Below, piece by piece: positions 8,384-18,489 of a stretch of DNA of 60,400 nt (position 1 is its first letter; each line of letters starts with the position of its first letter). A program made the position numbers and the translations under genes. Source of the DNA: Candidatus Saccharimonadota bacterium (GTDB lineage Bacteria; Patescibacteriota; Saccharimonadia; Saccharimonadales; OFTM59); NCBI GenBank assembly GCA_029260875.1, contig JAJDCL010000011.1, forward strand, positions 1-60,400, written 5' to 3'. The notes under the pieces are model-generated. The model saw only the letters and a list, made by a program, of their open reading frames with translations. It made no database searches and was not told the origin of the DNA.

Positions 8384-10530
8384 AATTTCTCCAGAGGGGC
8401 GAATGAAATATTGAGTCGCTTTGAACCCTTGCCTTTAAAATATATGGTAGCGTTTTCACCTTCAATACTTAACACCACGCCAGTACCAAAAGTTTGGTGC
8501 CGAACTTCATCGCCCTCGTTTAATTCGGGAACTATTTGCGAAAAATCATCTTTATAGACCTGATCCTGAAACTGATTTTGAAAGTTTTGAGGGTTAGGAG
8601 CCTCCCCGTGCACAAACTCTGCATCAATCTCACTTAAAAAACGACTAGGCGGATTATGCTGCATGCCCCCATAGAGCAACCTTGATGTAGCATGCAATAA
8701 ATACAGCTCTTGCTTCGCCCGAGTAATCCCAACATAGCAAAGCCGACGCTCCTCTTCCATTTCTTGTGGTTCATAAAATGCTCGTGAATGTGGGAACACA
8801 GACTCTTCCATACCAGCTATGAACACGACCGGAAATTCTAATCCTTTTGCAGCGTGCATGGTCATAAGGGTTACTGAGCTACCTGATGACGCGCCTGTTT
8901 CAATATCGGTAACCAGAGCCACTTCTTCCAGAAACCCGTCCAGCCCTAAATCTTGATACTCTTGTGCGACGCTTAAAAGTTCTTTTACGTTTTCTTGGCG
9001 TGATTCGCCCTGCAAGGTATTGTCATCCAAGTGGGCCATATAGTCTAGGCGGCGAATCAGCGAATCTAGTAAGCCTGTGAGGTTCGTCTCGTCGATTAGT
9101 GCTCGGAGCGCACTCAGCATTTCGCCAAGTTCAGTTAGGCCCTGGCGTGCTTTCCCAGTCAGCTCTGGGTAGTTTGTTACGGATTCTAATGCAGCTTGCA
9201 GCCCTAAGCCGTTATTGCTCTGCCAGGCATAGAACTTCTCTAGAGATTTGGTGCCAATGCCACGAGTGGGCACGTTCACAATGCGCTCAAAACTAATGTG
9301 GTCCTCTGGTTGGTACAAAAGTCTCAGATACGCAATGATATCTTTGATTTCTTTACGATCATAAAAACGCACCCCACCAACAACCCGGTATGGTATACCG
9401 TAGCGCACAAAAGCTTCTTCTATTGAACGGCTCTGAGCATTTGTCCGGTACAGTACCGCATAATCTTTATAGTTTCTAAGCTTTGCCTCTGTGGCGTTTT
9501 GAATGCGTCGAATGATCGTTTCGCCTTCACTACGCTCGTTGCTGACTTGTAGCACTTGGACCGGATGGCCATCGCCTAGATCAGTCCACAGCTTTTTGTC
9601 CGAGCGCTGCTGGTTTTTACTAATTACGGCGTGGGCTGCGTCTAGGATAAATTTTGTACTACGATAATTTTGCTCGAGCTTTATGGTGCAGGTTTTTGGA
9701 TAATCTTTTTCAAAGTTTAAGATGTTGCGAAAGTCCGCTCCACGCCACGAATAAATACTCTGCCAGTCATCACCGACAACTGCAATATTATTCTGCTCAT
9801 TGACTAGCAGCTTCACGAGCTTGTATTGCGCAGCGTTAGTATCCTGGTACTCATCAATCATTATGTACTTAAATTGACGGCACCATTTTTGTCGCACTTC
9901 TTGATTCGCCTGCAATAAGTGCACCGTCCTGCCGATAAGATCATCAAAGTCCAACGCCCCTGCGTCTTTTAGTAGCTTTTGGTACAGCGGAAAAACCTGT
10001 GTAGCAGCCCGATGGATTGGACCGCTACCAATTCCGGCGTACTCTTCTGGTGTCACGAGTTCGTTTTTCGCTGAGCTTATGAGCCCTGCGATCGTTCTGG
10101 CTGGAAAAGCTTTTTCATCTAACATAAGCCGTTTACTGGCTTGTTTGACTGCACTGACCCGATCGGTCTCGTCAAAAATAACAAAATTCTTTGGCAAACC
10201 GATATGTTCGCCGTCTTGTCTAAGTAATCTCACGCAAATACTATGGAACGTACCCATGAACGGCATAAAAGACCGGTTATCGGGGTTTTCTCCTAGCAGC
10301 CTAGCAACTCGCTCGCGCATTTCTCGCGCAGCTTTGTTAGTAAACGTTACAGACAGGATATTAAATGGTGTGGCTTTTTTTGTAGCAATTAAATATGCGA
10401 TGCGATGAGTCAGGGTTTTTGTCTTGCCAGAACCAGCGCCAGCTAGAATCAGCAATGGCCCTTCAGTAACCTCTACAGCACGTTGTTGTTCAGGGTTTAA
10501 CCCAACTAAAAGCTCGTCACTCTGCATCAA
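8380..10530 (-). CDS. pcrA: ATP-dependent DNA helicase PcrA/UvrD family
   Basis: AGAGSGKTKTL (Walker A), DEYQDTN, TMHAAKGLEF, YVGITRAK. 716 aa. Confidence 0.9.
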   Translation of the reverse strand: MMQSDELLVGLNPEQQRAVEVTEGPLLILAGAGSGKTKTLTHRIAYLIATKKATPFNILSVTFTNKAAREMRERVARLLGENPDNRSFMPFMGTFHSICVRLLRQDGEHIGLPKNFVIFDETDRVSAVKQASKRLMLDEKAFPARTIAGLISSAKNELVTPEEYAGIGSGPIHRAATQVFPLYQKLLKDAGALDFDDLIGRTVHLLQANQEVRQKWCRQFKYIMIDEYQDTNAAQYKLVKLLVNEQNNIAVVGDDWQSIYSWRGADFRNILNFEKDYPKTCTIKLEQNYRSTKFILDAAHAVISKNQQRSDKKLWTDLGDGHPVQVLQVSNERSEGETIIRRIQNATEAKLRNYKDYAVLYRTNAQSRSIEEAFVRYGIPYRVVGGVRFYDRKEIKDIIAYLRLLYQPEDHISFERIVNVPTRGIGTKSLEKFYAWQSNNGLGLQAALESVTNYPELTGKARQGLTELGEMLSALRALIDETNLTGLLDSLIRRLDYMAHLDDNTLQGESRQENVKELLSVAQEYQDLGLDGFLEEVALVTDIETGASSGSSVTLMTMHAAKGLEFPVVFIAGMEESVFPHSRAFYEPQEMEEERRLCYVGITRAKQELYLLHATSRLLYGGMQHNPPSRFLSEIDAEFVHGEAPNPQNFQNQFQDQVYKDDFSQIVPELNEGDEVRHQTFGTGVVLSIEGENATIYFKGKGSKRLNISFAPLEKL

Positions 10531-10554
10531 GTTATTCTACCAGTTCGAGCAGCC

Positions 10555-11130
10555 TTATGGGATAAGCTCGTACGGTAATTTTATGCCCAGATCAAGTATA
10601 TTAGCGTCAACCGCTGCATATACCGCAACAGCCGAGAGCAGTAGCAGGATGAATGTTGCCCAAAACCATCTTTTATTCCTGCGACGGTTAACCTGGCCTA
10701 TTGGCACAAAATACTTTTTGTCTTCTATCATTTTTTCAAGCTCAGCTTTACGCGCCATATCCTCCTTGGTTGATTCGTTCTTTTTCTTTTTCCCAGCTTG
10801 TTCGGCCACGGCATCAACTACAGCTGCTTCTGATTCTTTTTTGGTGGCCTCTGCGGCTTCGTCTTCTGAGGCGGTAGTTGATTTTGCATCTTCAGCCTCA
10901 GAAGTCACTGTCTGTTCGGTAATTGGCGCTATGACTTTTTCTCTGCTTACCGTTAAGGGTTTTGGGTCATCCGTTCGGTTTGGCTCCGAACTATCTTTCA
11001 TCATTGGGTCTTTCAGTATGGGGTTGTGTGTTGTAATAACCGGACGCGAGGTTGCCGAGGGCGCGGTGTTGTTTGGTTTGCTTATATCAAACACCGGCTC
11101 TTTATTATGTGTTGTTGTCATCGCCATCAC
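10555..11130 (-). CDS. hypothetical protein, disordered N-terminus with a C-terminal TM anchor
   Basis: Co-directional with the operon. C-terminal WFWATFILLLLSAVAVYAAV. The 240-aa plus-strand ORF here is its antisense shadow. Confidence 0.5.
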   Translation of the reverse strand: MMAMTTTHNKEPVFDISKPNNTAPSATSRPVITTHNPILKDPMMKDSSEPNRTDDPKPLTVSREKVIAPITEQTVTSEAEDAKSTTASEDEAAEATKKESEAAVVDAVAEQAGKKKKNESTKEDMARKAELEKMIEDKKYFVPIGQVNRRRNKRWFWATFILLLLSAVAVYAAVDANILDLGIKLPYELIP

Positions 11131-11908
11131 CCCGTTCTTGACTTAACTGATACGCAACATCAACGATACCTGCGAATTTGTGATAATTCAGACTTGCACC
11201 GCCAACCAGCACACCATCACAATCTTCAAGTTCTAGATAGCCACGCACAATCTGATCATCTACGCTTCCGCCATATAATAATCGTAGCGCTTTTGCGGTC
11301 TTTTCTCCGTACAGCTCGGCTACTTGTTTTCTGATAAATTTTAAACTTAGCCCGACATCGTCTGGTTTAGCTATCTCGCCTTCAAACGTACTAATAGCCC
11401 AGACGGGCTCATAGGCTATAACAACTTCTTCTATCTCATCAGCAGTTAAATTGCTAAGCGCCGTAGTGATCTGGTCGTGTAAAACTTGTTTGGTTTCGCC
11501 GGCATGGCGCTCCTGGCCGGTCTCTCCAACACAGAGCAGCGGTGTAATACCATTGCGGACTGCAGAGGCGACCTTATCCCGTACAACTTCTAGGCCTTCT
11601 TCAAAATGGAGCCGACGCTCTGAGTGGCCAATAATCACATAATGCACTAGGTCTTGCAACATACTAAAGCTTACCTCGCCGGTAAACGCCCCTTCATCTT
11701 TGTGATAAGCATTTTGTGCCGCCAAGCGAAATTTTCTTCTATCTAGCTGCATTGATAGTGGTTGCAGCACGAGCATACTGGGAGCCAACACAACCTCTAT
11801 GGCCCTGTGTATTTTGATGCGCTCGTGTAAACGATGGAGTAACACGCTAGCCTGACTTGCATTCAGGTGCATTTTCCAGTTGCCCACGATCAGTATTCTT
11901 TTAGACAT
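11105..11908 (-). CDS. tpiA: triosephosphate isomerase
   Basis: GNWKMH, GHSERR, AYEPVWAI, YGGSV. Confidence 0.92.
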   Translation of the reverse strand: MSKRILIVGNWKMHLNASQASVLLHRLHERIKIHRAIEVVLAPSMLVLQPLSMQLDRRKFRLAAQNAYHKDEGAFTGEVSFSMLQDLVHYVIIGHSERRLHFEEGLEVVRDKVASAVRNGITPLLCVGETGQERHAGETKQVLHDQITTALSNLTADEIEEVVIAYEPVWAISTFEGEIAKPDDVGLSLKFIRKQVAELYGEKTAKALRLLYGGSVDDQIVRGYLELEDCDGVLVGGASLNYHKFAGIVDVAYQLSQERGDGDDNNT

Positions 11909-11944
11909 TATGGTTATGCTTTCTTGTCGTTATTGTACCACTTA

Positions 11945-13234
11945 TCATCCTTTGTCCATCAACGCTTCTACGCCTGGCAACAACTTGCCGCTCATTAATT
12001 CCATACTTGCGCCTCCGCCTGTAGACACATGATTGAAGCCCTTTACAAGTTGGCGATCTTCCAGGTAGCCCACCGTGTCACCACCACCCACAACGCTGAA
12101 CGGCCTATGACCGTATTGGCCCAGCATAGAATCTACGATCAGTTCGGTTCCGTGGGCAAAAGGCCCGACTGGGCCCTGCAGTCCGTCCGTTTCCGTAACA
12201 CCCATGGCTCCGTTCCAAATAACCGTGTTAGCAAGCTGCATGCCACCTGCCATGAACGCCCCCGAAAACGGCCCGATATCTAGGATCATTTCGTCATCTG
12301 CAATATGACGACTTTCTCTTGGTGGGCGGTTGGGATAGTTTTCTACGCTTGCGATTACATGCGCGTCCCAGTCCACTATCCGAGTTTTAGCTGTCTTGTC
12401 CAGCTTGCTAGCCACTACTCCGTCCTGTGGCAGATAAAACACGAAGTGCTGCTGCTTTGACTTTTCCCGAGCTCGCTCCATGATCTCCTTTGCCAGTGGC
12501 ACGTCATCTCTATCGACCTTACTTTTAGCAACATCCATGCCTGATGCCAATAAGAATGTATTTGCCATAGCGCCACCAACCGCCACAAAATCAGCAATAT
12601 CAATAAATCGGTTAATAATATCCAACTTGTCGGAGATCTTGGCACCGCCTATGATCGCCATGAGTGGTCTCTGCGGACTTTCCATAACATTGGTGATGGT
12701 GTCCACTTCTTTTTCAAGGAGTAGGCCAGCCACACTAGGGAGGTAGCGCGTCACCGAATCCGTTGTGGCATGTGTTCGATGGGCGTTACCAAAAGCATCC
12801 TGCACAAAAACATCAGTATGCTCTGCTAATTGCTTCGCAAAGTCTTTGTCGTTTGCTTCTTCACCAGGATAAAAGCGTGTGTTCTCAAGCAATAAAATCT
12901 GTCCAGGTTGTAGCGACTGTTTTGCCTTAACAACTCTGCCGCCTATGCAATCATCTATAAACTGAACTTCCTGGTCCAGAAGCTTACTGAGTATACGGCT
13001 GACTGGTTCCAGCGAAAAACGCTTGACCACCTTACCACCGGGCCTATCACGGTGGCTAACCAATATAATCGAACACCGCTTGCTAATAAGGTATTGTAGC
13101 GTGGGCAAAGAAGCTTCAATCCGCTCATCACTCGTCACATTACCGTCCGCATCGCCGGGCACATTATAGTCCACACTTAGCAAAACGCGCTTGCCTGATA
13201 TATCAATATCTTTTACTGTTTTCTTTGTAAACAT
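11945..13234 (-). CDS. pgk: phosphoglycerate kinase
   Basis: 429 aa. GGAKISDK, VVGGGDT, STGGGASMEL. Confidence 0.92.
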   Translation of the reverse strand: MFTKKTVKDIDISGKRVLLSVDYNVPGDADGNVTSDERIEASLPTLQYLISKRCSIILVSHRDRPGGKVVKRFSLEPVSRILSKLLDQEVQFIDDCIGGRVVKAKQSLQPGQILLLENTRFYPGEEANDKDFAKQLAEHTDVFVQDAFGNAHRTHATTDSVTRYLPSVAGLLLEKEVDTITNVMESPQRPLMAIIGGAKISDKLDIINRFIDIADFVAVGGAMANTFLLASGMDVAKSKVDRDDVPLAKEIMERAREKSKQQHFVFYLPQDGVVASKLDKTAKTRIVDWDAHVIASVENYPNRPPRESRHIADDEMILDIGPFSGAFMAGGMQLANTVIWNGAMGVTETDGLQGPVGPFAHGTELIVDSMLGQYGHRPFSVVGGGDTVGYLEDRQLVKGFNHVSTGGGASMELMSGKLLPGVEALMDKG

Positions 13235-13249
13235 GCCACCCTTTTACGT

Positions 13250-14683
13250 CTATTCTAACACTCTTACTTTTATGGTGTCTGTGGTACCAACCATACCGGG
13301 GTGCCTGCCCGAAGCGGTCACTACGATGTCGCCCTTTGCCAGTACTTTATGGCGCCACAACCAGTCTGTTAGTTTGGTAGCTGCATGCGCGTCAATAGGC
13401 CGGACAAAGCTTTTCGCCCCATAAACAATTGCCAGCTGCTGAGCCACGCGGGCTTCATTGGTTACGGCAATTACAGAAATATCCGGGCGCCGAGTGGCTA
13501 TATTAAGCGCAGTTGCCCCAGAACGCGTTTCTGCAACGATAGCTTTTGCGCCCAGTGAATCCGCTAAGTTGATGACAGCGGCAGAAATCGCGGTCTGGCG
13601 CGTGTAGTCTTCGTACTGCGGAAAAGAGATTCGTAAAGGATTGTGAGATTGCGTATACAAGATAACTCGCTTCATAACCTTGACTGCATCAATCGGGTAT
13701 TTACCGGTGGCTGTTTCGTCGCTTAGCATTACGGCATCGCTGCCCAGAATTGCTGCGGTCGCTACATCCGACACCTCAGCCCTAGTCGGCTCTGGCTCAT
13801 CCACCATACTCATCATCATTTGTGTAGCCACTATGGTCGGCTTCGCATATCGCATACCAAGCCCAATTATTTGGCGCTGCACAATAGGAACCGATTCCGA
13901 ACTTGTTTCAATTGCCAAATCCCCACGGGCGACCATAACTGCATCAGCTTCCTGGATTATCTGTTCTAGGTTCTCAAGCCCCGCCTTGGTTTCAATCTTG
14001 GCGATGATTTTTGACTTACTGCCTAAGTTGCGCAGTATTGCGCGTAATTTGCGAATGTCGTCACTATGCTGGACAAAACTAAGTGCAACATAATCTATGT
14101 CCTGCGTAGACCCAAAAGCCAAGTCCTCTCTGTCCTTTTTAGTGATAATGTCGCCCTCAAAGTCTGTATCAGGAAGGTTAATGCCTTTTCGCTTGATCAG
14201 AATCCCGTTATTCTCAACATGCACGTGCACCGTACCATCCTGAACACTTGTTACGGTTGTCTTCACCTTGCCGTCAAACAGGTATAACCGATGGCCGCGT
14301 TTTACTTTCTTAGAAAGGTCGTATTGGGTTGGAATAGTCCCAGACCTCTCATAGTCCGCTTTTAATTTAAAACTAAGGCTTTGGCCTTTTTGCACATTTA
14401 TAATCGCATCAAAATCACCGAGCCGAAGCTTGGGACCCTGCAGATCCTGAATAATTGCCACTGGCTTACCGTATTCTCGTGCAGCTTTTCGGATCCAGCC
14501 TATCTGCTGTACCCGTTCTTCATGTGTCCCATGACTAAAGTTAAGCCGTAGCCCATTTGCCCCGGCCATTATCAACTCAAGGATAGATTCGTAACTGTTT
14601 GTCGCAGGGCCCAATGTAGCGATAATTTTTGTACGTTTAAATTCAGCAAGTGGCACGTTCGGTGCTTTGGATGTTAGTTCCAT
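13250..14683 (-). CDS. pyk: pyruvate kinase
   Basis: TKIIATLGPA, NFSHG, IAKIET, MVARGDLAIE. 477 aa. Confidence 0.92.
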   Translation of the reverse strand: MELTSKAPNVPLAEFKRTKIIATLGPATNSYESILELIMAGANGLRLNFSHGTHEERVQQIGWIRKAAREYGKPVAIIQDLQGPKLRLGDFDAIINVQKGQSLSFKLKADYERSGTIPTQYDLSKKVKRGHRLYLFDGKVKTTVTSVQDGTVHVHVENNGILIKRKGINLPDTDFEGDIITKKDREDLAFGSTQDIDYVALSFVQHSDDIRKLRAILRNLGSKSKIIAKIETKAGLENLEQIIQEADAVMVARGDLAIETSSESVPIVQRQIIGLGMRYAKPTIVATQMMMSMVDEPEPTRAEVSDVATAAILGSDAVMLSDETATGKYPIDAVKVMKRVILYTQSHNPLRISFPQYEDYTRQTAISAAVINLADSLGAKAIVAETRSGATALNIATRRPDISVIAVTNEARVAQQLAIVYGAKSFVRPIDAHAATKLTDWLWRHKVLAKGDIVVTASGRHPGMVGTTDTIKVRVLE

Positions 14684-14750
14684 AATTATACTAAGTGTAA
14701 CTGGTTATGCTTAGCTTGAACAAGGCTGAACTTATTTATTTAAAAACATT

Positions 14751-14825
14751 TGGTGATCCCGAGGGGAATCGAACCCCTGTTGCCAGGATGAAAACCTGGT
14801 GTCCTAACCGTTAGACGACGGGACC
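14751..14825 (-). tRNA. tRNA-Glu(UUC), CCA encoded
   Basis: Minus strand GGTCCCGTCGTCTAACGGTTAGGACACCAGGTTTTCATCCTGGCAACAGGGGTTCGATTCCCCTCGGGATCACCA folds as a cloverleaf. Anticodon loop UU-UUC-AU. Confidence 0.9.
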
Positions 14826-15039
14826 TCGTCAGAATCGACGGTCGGCTTCCATAAACACCGCTCGCGATGTTTATTCTACCCTCTGGTCGTTTCTTCCTCT
14901 TAGTCTTCCATGCAGTCGCTAAAGCTCCTTGGTTTGGAAAACTGATTTAAAACAAAAACTTAACTGATAGATTGTAGCATAACAGAGGCGGAATTGAAAT
15001 CGTTTGGCGACCAAATAAAGCAATTGTTATGATATCCCT

Positions 15040-15309
15040 ATGTCTAATAAAGAATCTTTTGAGGGGCTGGCGCGAAAAATTACCGAAACCGCGCAAAAAA
15101 TAACAGTGGGCGCTACGTATTTGCACTACAAGAAACTGCATCCGTATAAAGTACTAGATATTGTTATCTCAGAATTTGATCAACAACCTTATGTGGTATA
15201 CCAATCGCAAAGAGAGTTGGGCATCAAATTTACCCGCTCGGCAGCAAGCTGGCTTGATGAAGTTGAATGGCAGGGGAAGAAAACGCTGCGCTTTATTAAA
15301 TCAGATTAA
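15040..15309 (+). CDS. DUF1653-like small protein
   Basis: YLHYKKLHPYKVLDIVISEFDQQPYVVYQS...WLDEVEWQGKKTLRF resembles the DUF1653 pattern, recalled from memory. Confidence 0.6.
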   Translation: MSNKESFEGLARKITETAQKITVGATYLHYKKLHPYKVLDIVISEFDQQPYVVYQSQRELGIKFTRSAASWLDEVEWQGKKTLRFIKSD

Positions 15310-15429
15310 AGGCAAATCCCCCGCCTTTATAACGAGGGATTTGTTTTGAGAGCGGTCAGTCATGCTCTTGTTCTGTAGTGGATACTAGCACGTTTTTGAC
15401 AAACGCGCTAGGGTTTATCCACAACTTTC

Positions 15430-16761
15430 TTAGAAGTAGCGACGGCTAAGAACCAGCTTGTGAGCCAATGAGCCGGCAATAGTCGTAGCAACGAACAAGC
15501 CGATCATTTCACCAGGACCCGTACTAGGCAACTTACCACTAGGCGGAGTCACAGGAGGGACATCCTTACAGTCGGGGTGGTTCTTAGGAAGATGCTGCTT
15601 GCCTGGCACCGGACATTTCTCTTCCTCTGTAGGTTTACAGTCTTTGCGCACAACAACGCTAGCATCATCTTCATCTTCGGGGATATCATCAGCTCGGCTA
15701 CCAGCGATGTTGCGTAGCGTAACCACACATTCCGGTAACTTATCTGCACTGGCGACTTTGGTCTCAAATGTAATGTAGCCATTGGAGCCCGCCGTGTACG
15801 AACCTGCGTTGACACCGTTTGCGTCAAACATGTCACCATCCGTAATTGTCATGCCGTTGGGGTGCTTGGCGTCAACTAGCTTGACGGAACCGGGCACCAA
15901 AGTCAGGTGATTAGGCAGCTTGTCGCGAATAACCGTGTTGTTGATTTGCTGTGTGCCGCTGTTTTTGTAAGACAGCAACCACTTAACTGTATCGCCTGGC
16001 TTAGCTTCGACTTGTTCCTGGAAGCTGCCGTTGCCAATCTGAACCTTCTTTTCAAAATCCAGTTTTGGAGCTTTTACCTTGACTTTTATGTATACGAAAG
16101 CCTGGTATTCAAAACAGCCAGGGACCTTGCCGTTAACTTGATCGTAACCTATCTGGGCACCACTTTTAACAATATCGTCGCTAAGCTTGAAGTTCTTACC
16201 ACCGTTAACTCCAGTAACTAATGTGGCCGAACCTGGGATATACTCTACGCTGAAGGGCTGATTGCTCTTTAGGTCACCAGTATCTGACACACTGCCTGGT
16301 ACGGCGTTATCTGCCGTAATGAAGCTGGTTGCGCGCAGGTGTTTCGCCGTGCCAGTTGGCAAGAGAAAGCGCACTCGAGCATTACTAGCCACGGTCGGTC
16401 CATCAAAATTCTCACCGTTGAGTGACTGGTTACCGTTATTGTGTACATAGGCGCGAAGAGTTACAGTGTCGCCGTCCTTTACACCCTCTAGAACATCTTT
16501 GTAGTTGTCAGCTGCGTCATTACCACTGCCTACACGTGAGTCCAAAAAATGTCGCTCATCACCGTAAAACGGTGTATTGATGAAAGAGTTGAACACAACG
16601 TGATCAAAACCGCTACGGTCGGCTACATTGTTCCAGTCTTTGACCGGACGTTCCGGAAAGAAGCTGGCCATTGCCAGCGGGGACGCCAGCAATACGAGTG
16701 CTAGTGCAGCACCGATTGCTTTCTTGGCTGTTTGTTTGATGTAAGTCTTGAAATTCTTCAT
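15430..16761 (-). CDS. secreted surface protein with LPXTG-type sorting signal
   Basis: N-terminal signal peptide (AIGAALALVLLASPLAMA). C-terminal LPSTG, then a hydrophobic stretch, then SRRYF. Confidence 0.75.
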   Translation of the reverse strand: MKNFKTYIKQTAKKAIGAALALVLLASPLAMASFFPERPVKDWNNVADRSGFDHVVFNSFINTPFYGDERHFLDSRVGSGNDAADNYKDVLEGVKDGDTVTLRAYVHNNGNQSLNGENFDGPTVASNARVRFLLPTGTAKHLRATSFITADNAVPGSVSDTGDLKSNQPFSVEYIPGSATLVTGVNGGKNFKLSDDIVKSGAQIGYDQVNGKVPGCFEYQAFVYIKVKVKAPKLDFEKKVQIGNGSFQEQVEAKPGDTVKWLLSYKNSGTQQINNTVIRDKLPNHLTLVPGSVKLVDAKHPNGMTITDGDMFDANGVNAGSYTAGSNGYITFETKVASADKLPECVVTLRNIAGSRADDIPEDEDDASVVVRKDCKPTEEEKCPVPGKQHLPKNHPDCKDVPPVTPPSGKLPSTGPGEMIGLFVATTIAGSLAHKLVLSRRYF

Positions 16762-16788
16762 AGCTTTAGTCTCCTTTGATAGCTAGGA

Positions 16789-18258
16789 TTACTGTTCTTC
16801 CTTGTTAATTTCTAGTTCTAAAGGCCTTAATCCATTTGGAGCTGATACATAGCGCCGGCGACGGATCAATTTTCCAAGCGCTACCGGACTAATCCCAGCT
16901 ATCATACCTGGTAATGGCACATTGCCGTCACTTGGATCTTTATTAATTGGATCGTCTGGTTCTTCTGCGGGTGGCAGTTCAGGTTTTTCCTCGCCAGAAG
17001 GTGGTTGTTCATCGGGTTGTTCTTCATTAGGGTTTTCGCCAGGTAGGAAACCATCTTCATCTTGGCCAGCGTCACTTTCATCCAGCACGTCAGGGTTCTC
17101 ATCAGGATCGCCTGGTTCATCGTCAGGGAACTCTGGAGTCGTAGGCAATGGTTCAGGTGATTTTGGTGGCAATGATGGTGTGGGTGTAGGTGTCGGGGTT
17201 GGGGTTGGGGTAGGTGTAGGAGTCGGTGTTGGCGTTGGTGTAGGCGTAGGAGTCGGTGTTGGTGTAGGTGTCGGAGTCGGTGTTGGCGTTGGCGTTGGTG
17301 TGGGCGTAGGTGTCGGTGTCGGTGTCGGAGTTGGGGTTGGTTTTTTTGGCTGTTTCGGTTGTTTAGGTTGCTCAGGTTTTTCCTCTTCTTCCGGTACTTC
17401 AAATTCTGCGACCTGACCACCACATGCGGTTTTCATGTCAACAACATCTCCATCAGGCATATCTGTCTCTAGGAATTGAGTTGATAACGTTATTGTTTTT
17501 TCATAGCCAAGCACGTAATCAGGCATACCGTCAGTAGTACCGTTGATGGTACCATCATTTGCTGCATATACAGTTTTATATGTTCCGGTTTTTTGAACTA
17601 AACTGTGCGCTCCTTCAGCTCTACGCTCTTCCAGGAAGTTCACTAGTTCCTGACCGTCTTTTTCCCAATCAGCTTCATTACTTTCATAATGCTTTGCCTT
17701 GGCTGCTAATTCTGAGCCAGAATTTATTGTGTCTAATTTATAAGTGGCACGGAATCCAGCGAGCGCCGTACCGCTGTGGCTTGAACGGTCGTAAATTGCA
17801 GCAAGCGCTTCATCAACATTGCTAGCTTCAATCTCAGGGCCGATTTCATTACCAACGGTTAGATCTTCATAACGAATAATATTATCTATCTGGGGAGTAA
17901 ACTTCTTTGATTTGTCATATTCCGGCTCGCTATCTGTAGTGCCCGGTGTAGTTTCGTTGTGGCTAAGCGGTTGTACGCCTTCAAGAACGTCAAAACCTTC
18001 ACCAAAACCAGAGCTAGCAGTAAGTGGTGCTGGGTTGTTTGATTCAGGGCTCACTGACCTAGAGTTGCCAAAAGTTGCAAGACTGCCAACAGCTACTAGA
18101 AAAGCAGCTGGAGCGATCATCCATTTTGGTCGTTTTTGCTCCATAACTGATACGGGTACCTGTTCAACCGCCAGCGTTTCAGGCGCCATGAAAATACGCA
18201 CCCATCGCTCTGCTAGAGCATCTTGTTGTTGTTCACTAAGACCTAATCCTTGACTCAT
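16789..18258 (-). CDS. membrane protein with a long (Thr-Pro)n linker and an acidic Pro-rich tail
   Basis: One TM near residue 50 and roughly 27 consecutive TP dipeptides. C-terminal hydrophobic segment followed by RRRRY. Confidence 0.65.
   Translation of the reverse strand: MSQGLGLSEQQQDALAERWVRIFMAPETLAVEQVPVSVMEQKRPKWMIAPAAFLVAVGSLATFGNSRSVSPESNNPAPLTASSGFGEGFDVLEGVQPLSHNETTPGTTDSEPEYDKSKKFTPQIDNIIRYEDLTVGNEIGPEIEASNVDEALAAIYDRSSHSGTALAGFRATYKLDTINSGSELAAKAKHYESNEADWEKDGQELVNFLEERRAEGAHSLVQKTGTYKTVYAANDGTINGTTDGMPDYVLGYEKTITLSTQFLETDMPDGDVVDMKTACGGQVAEFEVPEEEEKPEQPKQPKQPKKPTPTPTPTPTPTPTPTPTPTPTPTPTPTPTPTPTPTPTPTPTPTPTPTPTPTPTPSLPPKSPEPLPTTPEFPDDEPGDPDENPDVLDESDAGQDEDGFLPGENPNEEQPDEQPPSGEEKPELPPAEEPDDPINKDPSDGNVPLPGMIAGISPVALGKLIRRRRYVSAPNGLRPLELEINKEEQ
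17177..17340. repeat. degenerate hexanucleotide tandem repeat (GGTGTN)n encoding (TP)n on the minus strand
   Basis: Direct reading: ggtgtgggtgtaggtgtcggggttggggttggggtaggtgtagg... runs for ~164 nt. Confidence 0.9.
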
Positions 18259-18489
18259 TCAGATTCTCCCTTTACTACTTTATGCTCCGTCTCACCGTGA
18301 CCCACCTCTTCTCACGAGAGTGTTTTCACGTATAGGTACTACTCTAACACAAGCTTTTCGTTATGTCAATACATTCTGCAATGTTTCCATGTAAACACAA
18401 GCGTATTCAGGAGAAACGCCGCAGCTAATGATTAATAGCAGGTAGCGAATACCGTTTAGGTCCTGATTGTCTGGTAGAAGCTTAGCCTG

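Noticed and set aside
10424-11146. 240-aa plus-strand ORF, and similar long antisense ORFs (52201-52692, 48401-48886, 21821-22204, 942-1307 and others)
   Set aside because: Each lies antisense to or overlapping a motif-supported gene. They have low-complexity Ser/Arg/Leu-rich composition and no RBS, as is typical of shadow ORFs.
14826-15039. Possible small RNA (SRP/4.5S-like) in the 210-nt gap upstream of tRNA-Glu
   Set aside because: Some GGAAG-containing hairpins are present. I could not recover the conserved SRP domain IV loops or any other known RNA signature.
17160-17345. Periodic GT-rich array as a possible CRISPR or other non-coding repeat
   Set aside because: The period is 6 nt with no spacers. 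It lies inside a long ORF and translates to (TP)n. The antisense ORFs 16922-17416 (+) and 16902-17423 (-) are frame shadows of the same repeat.
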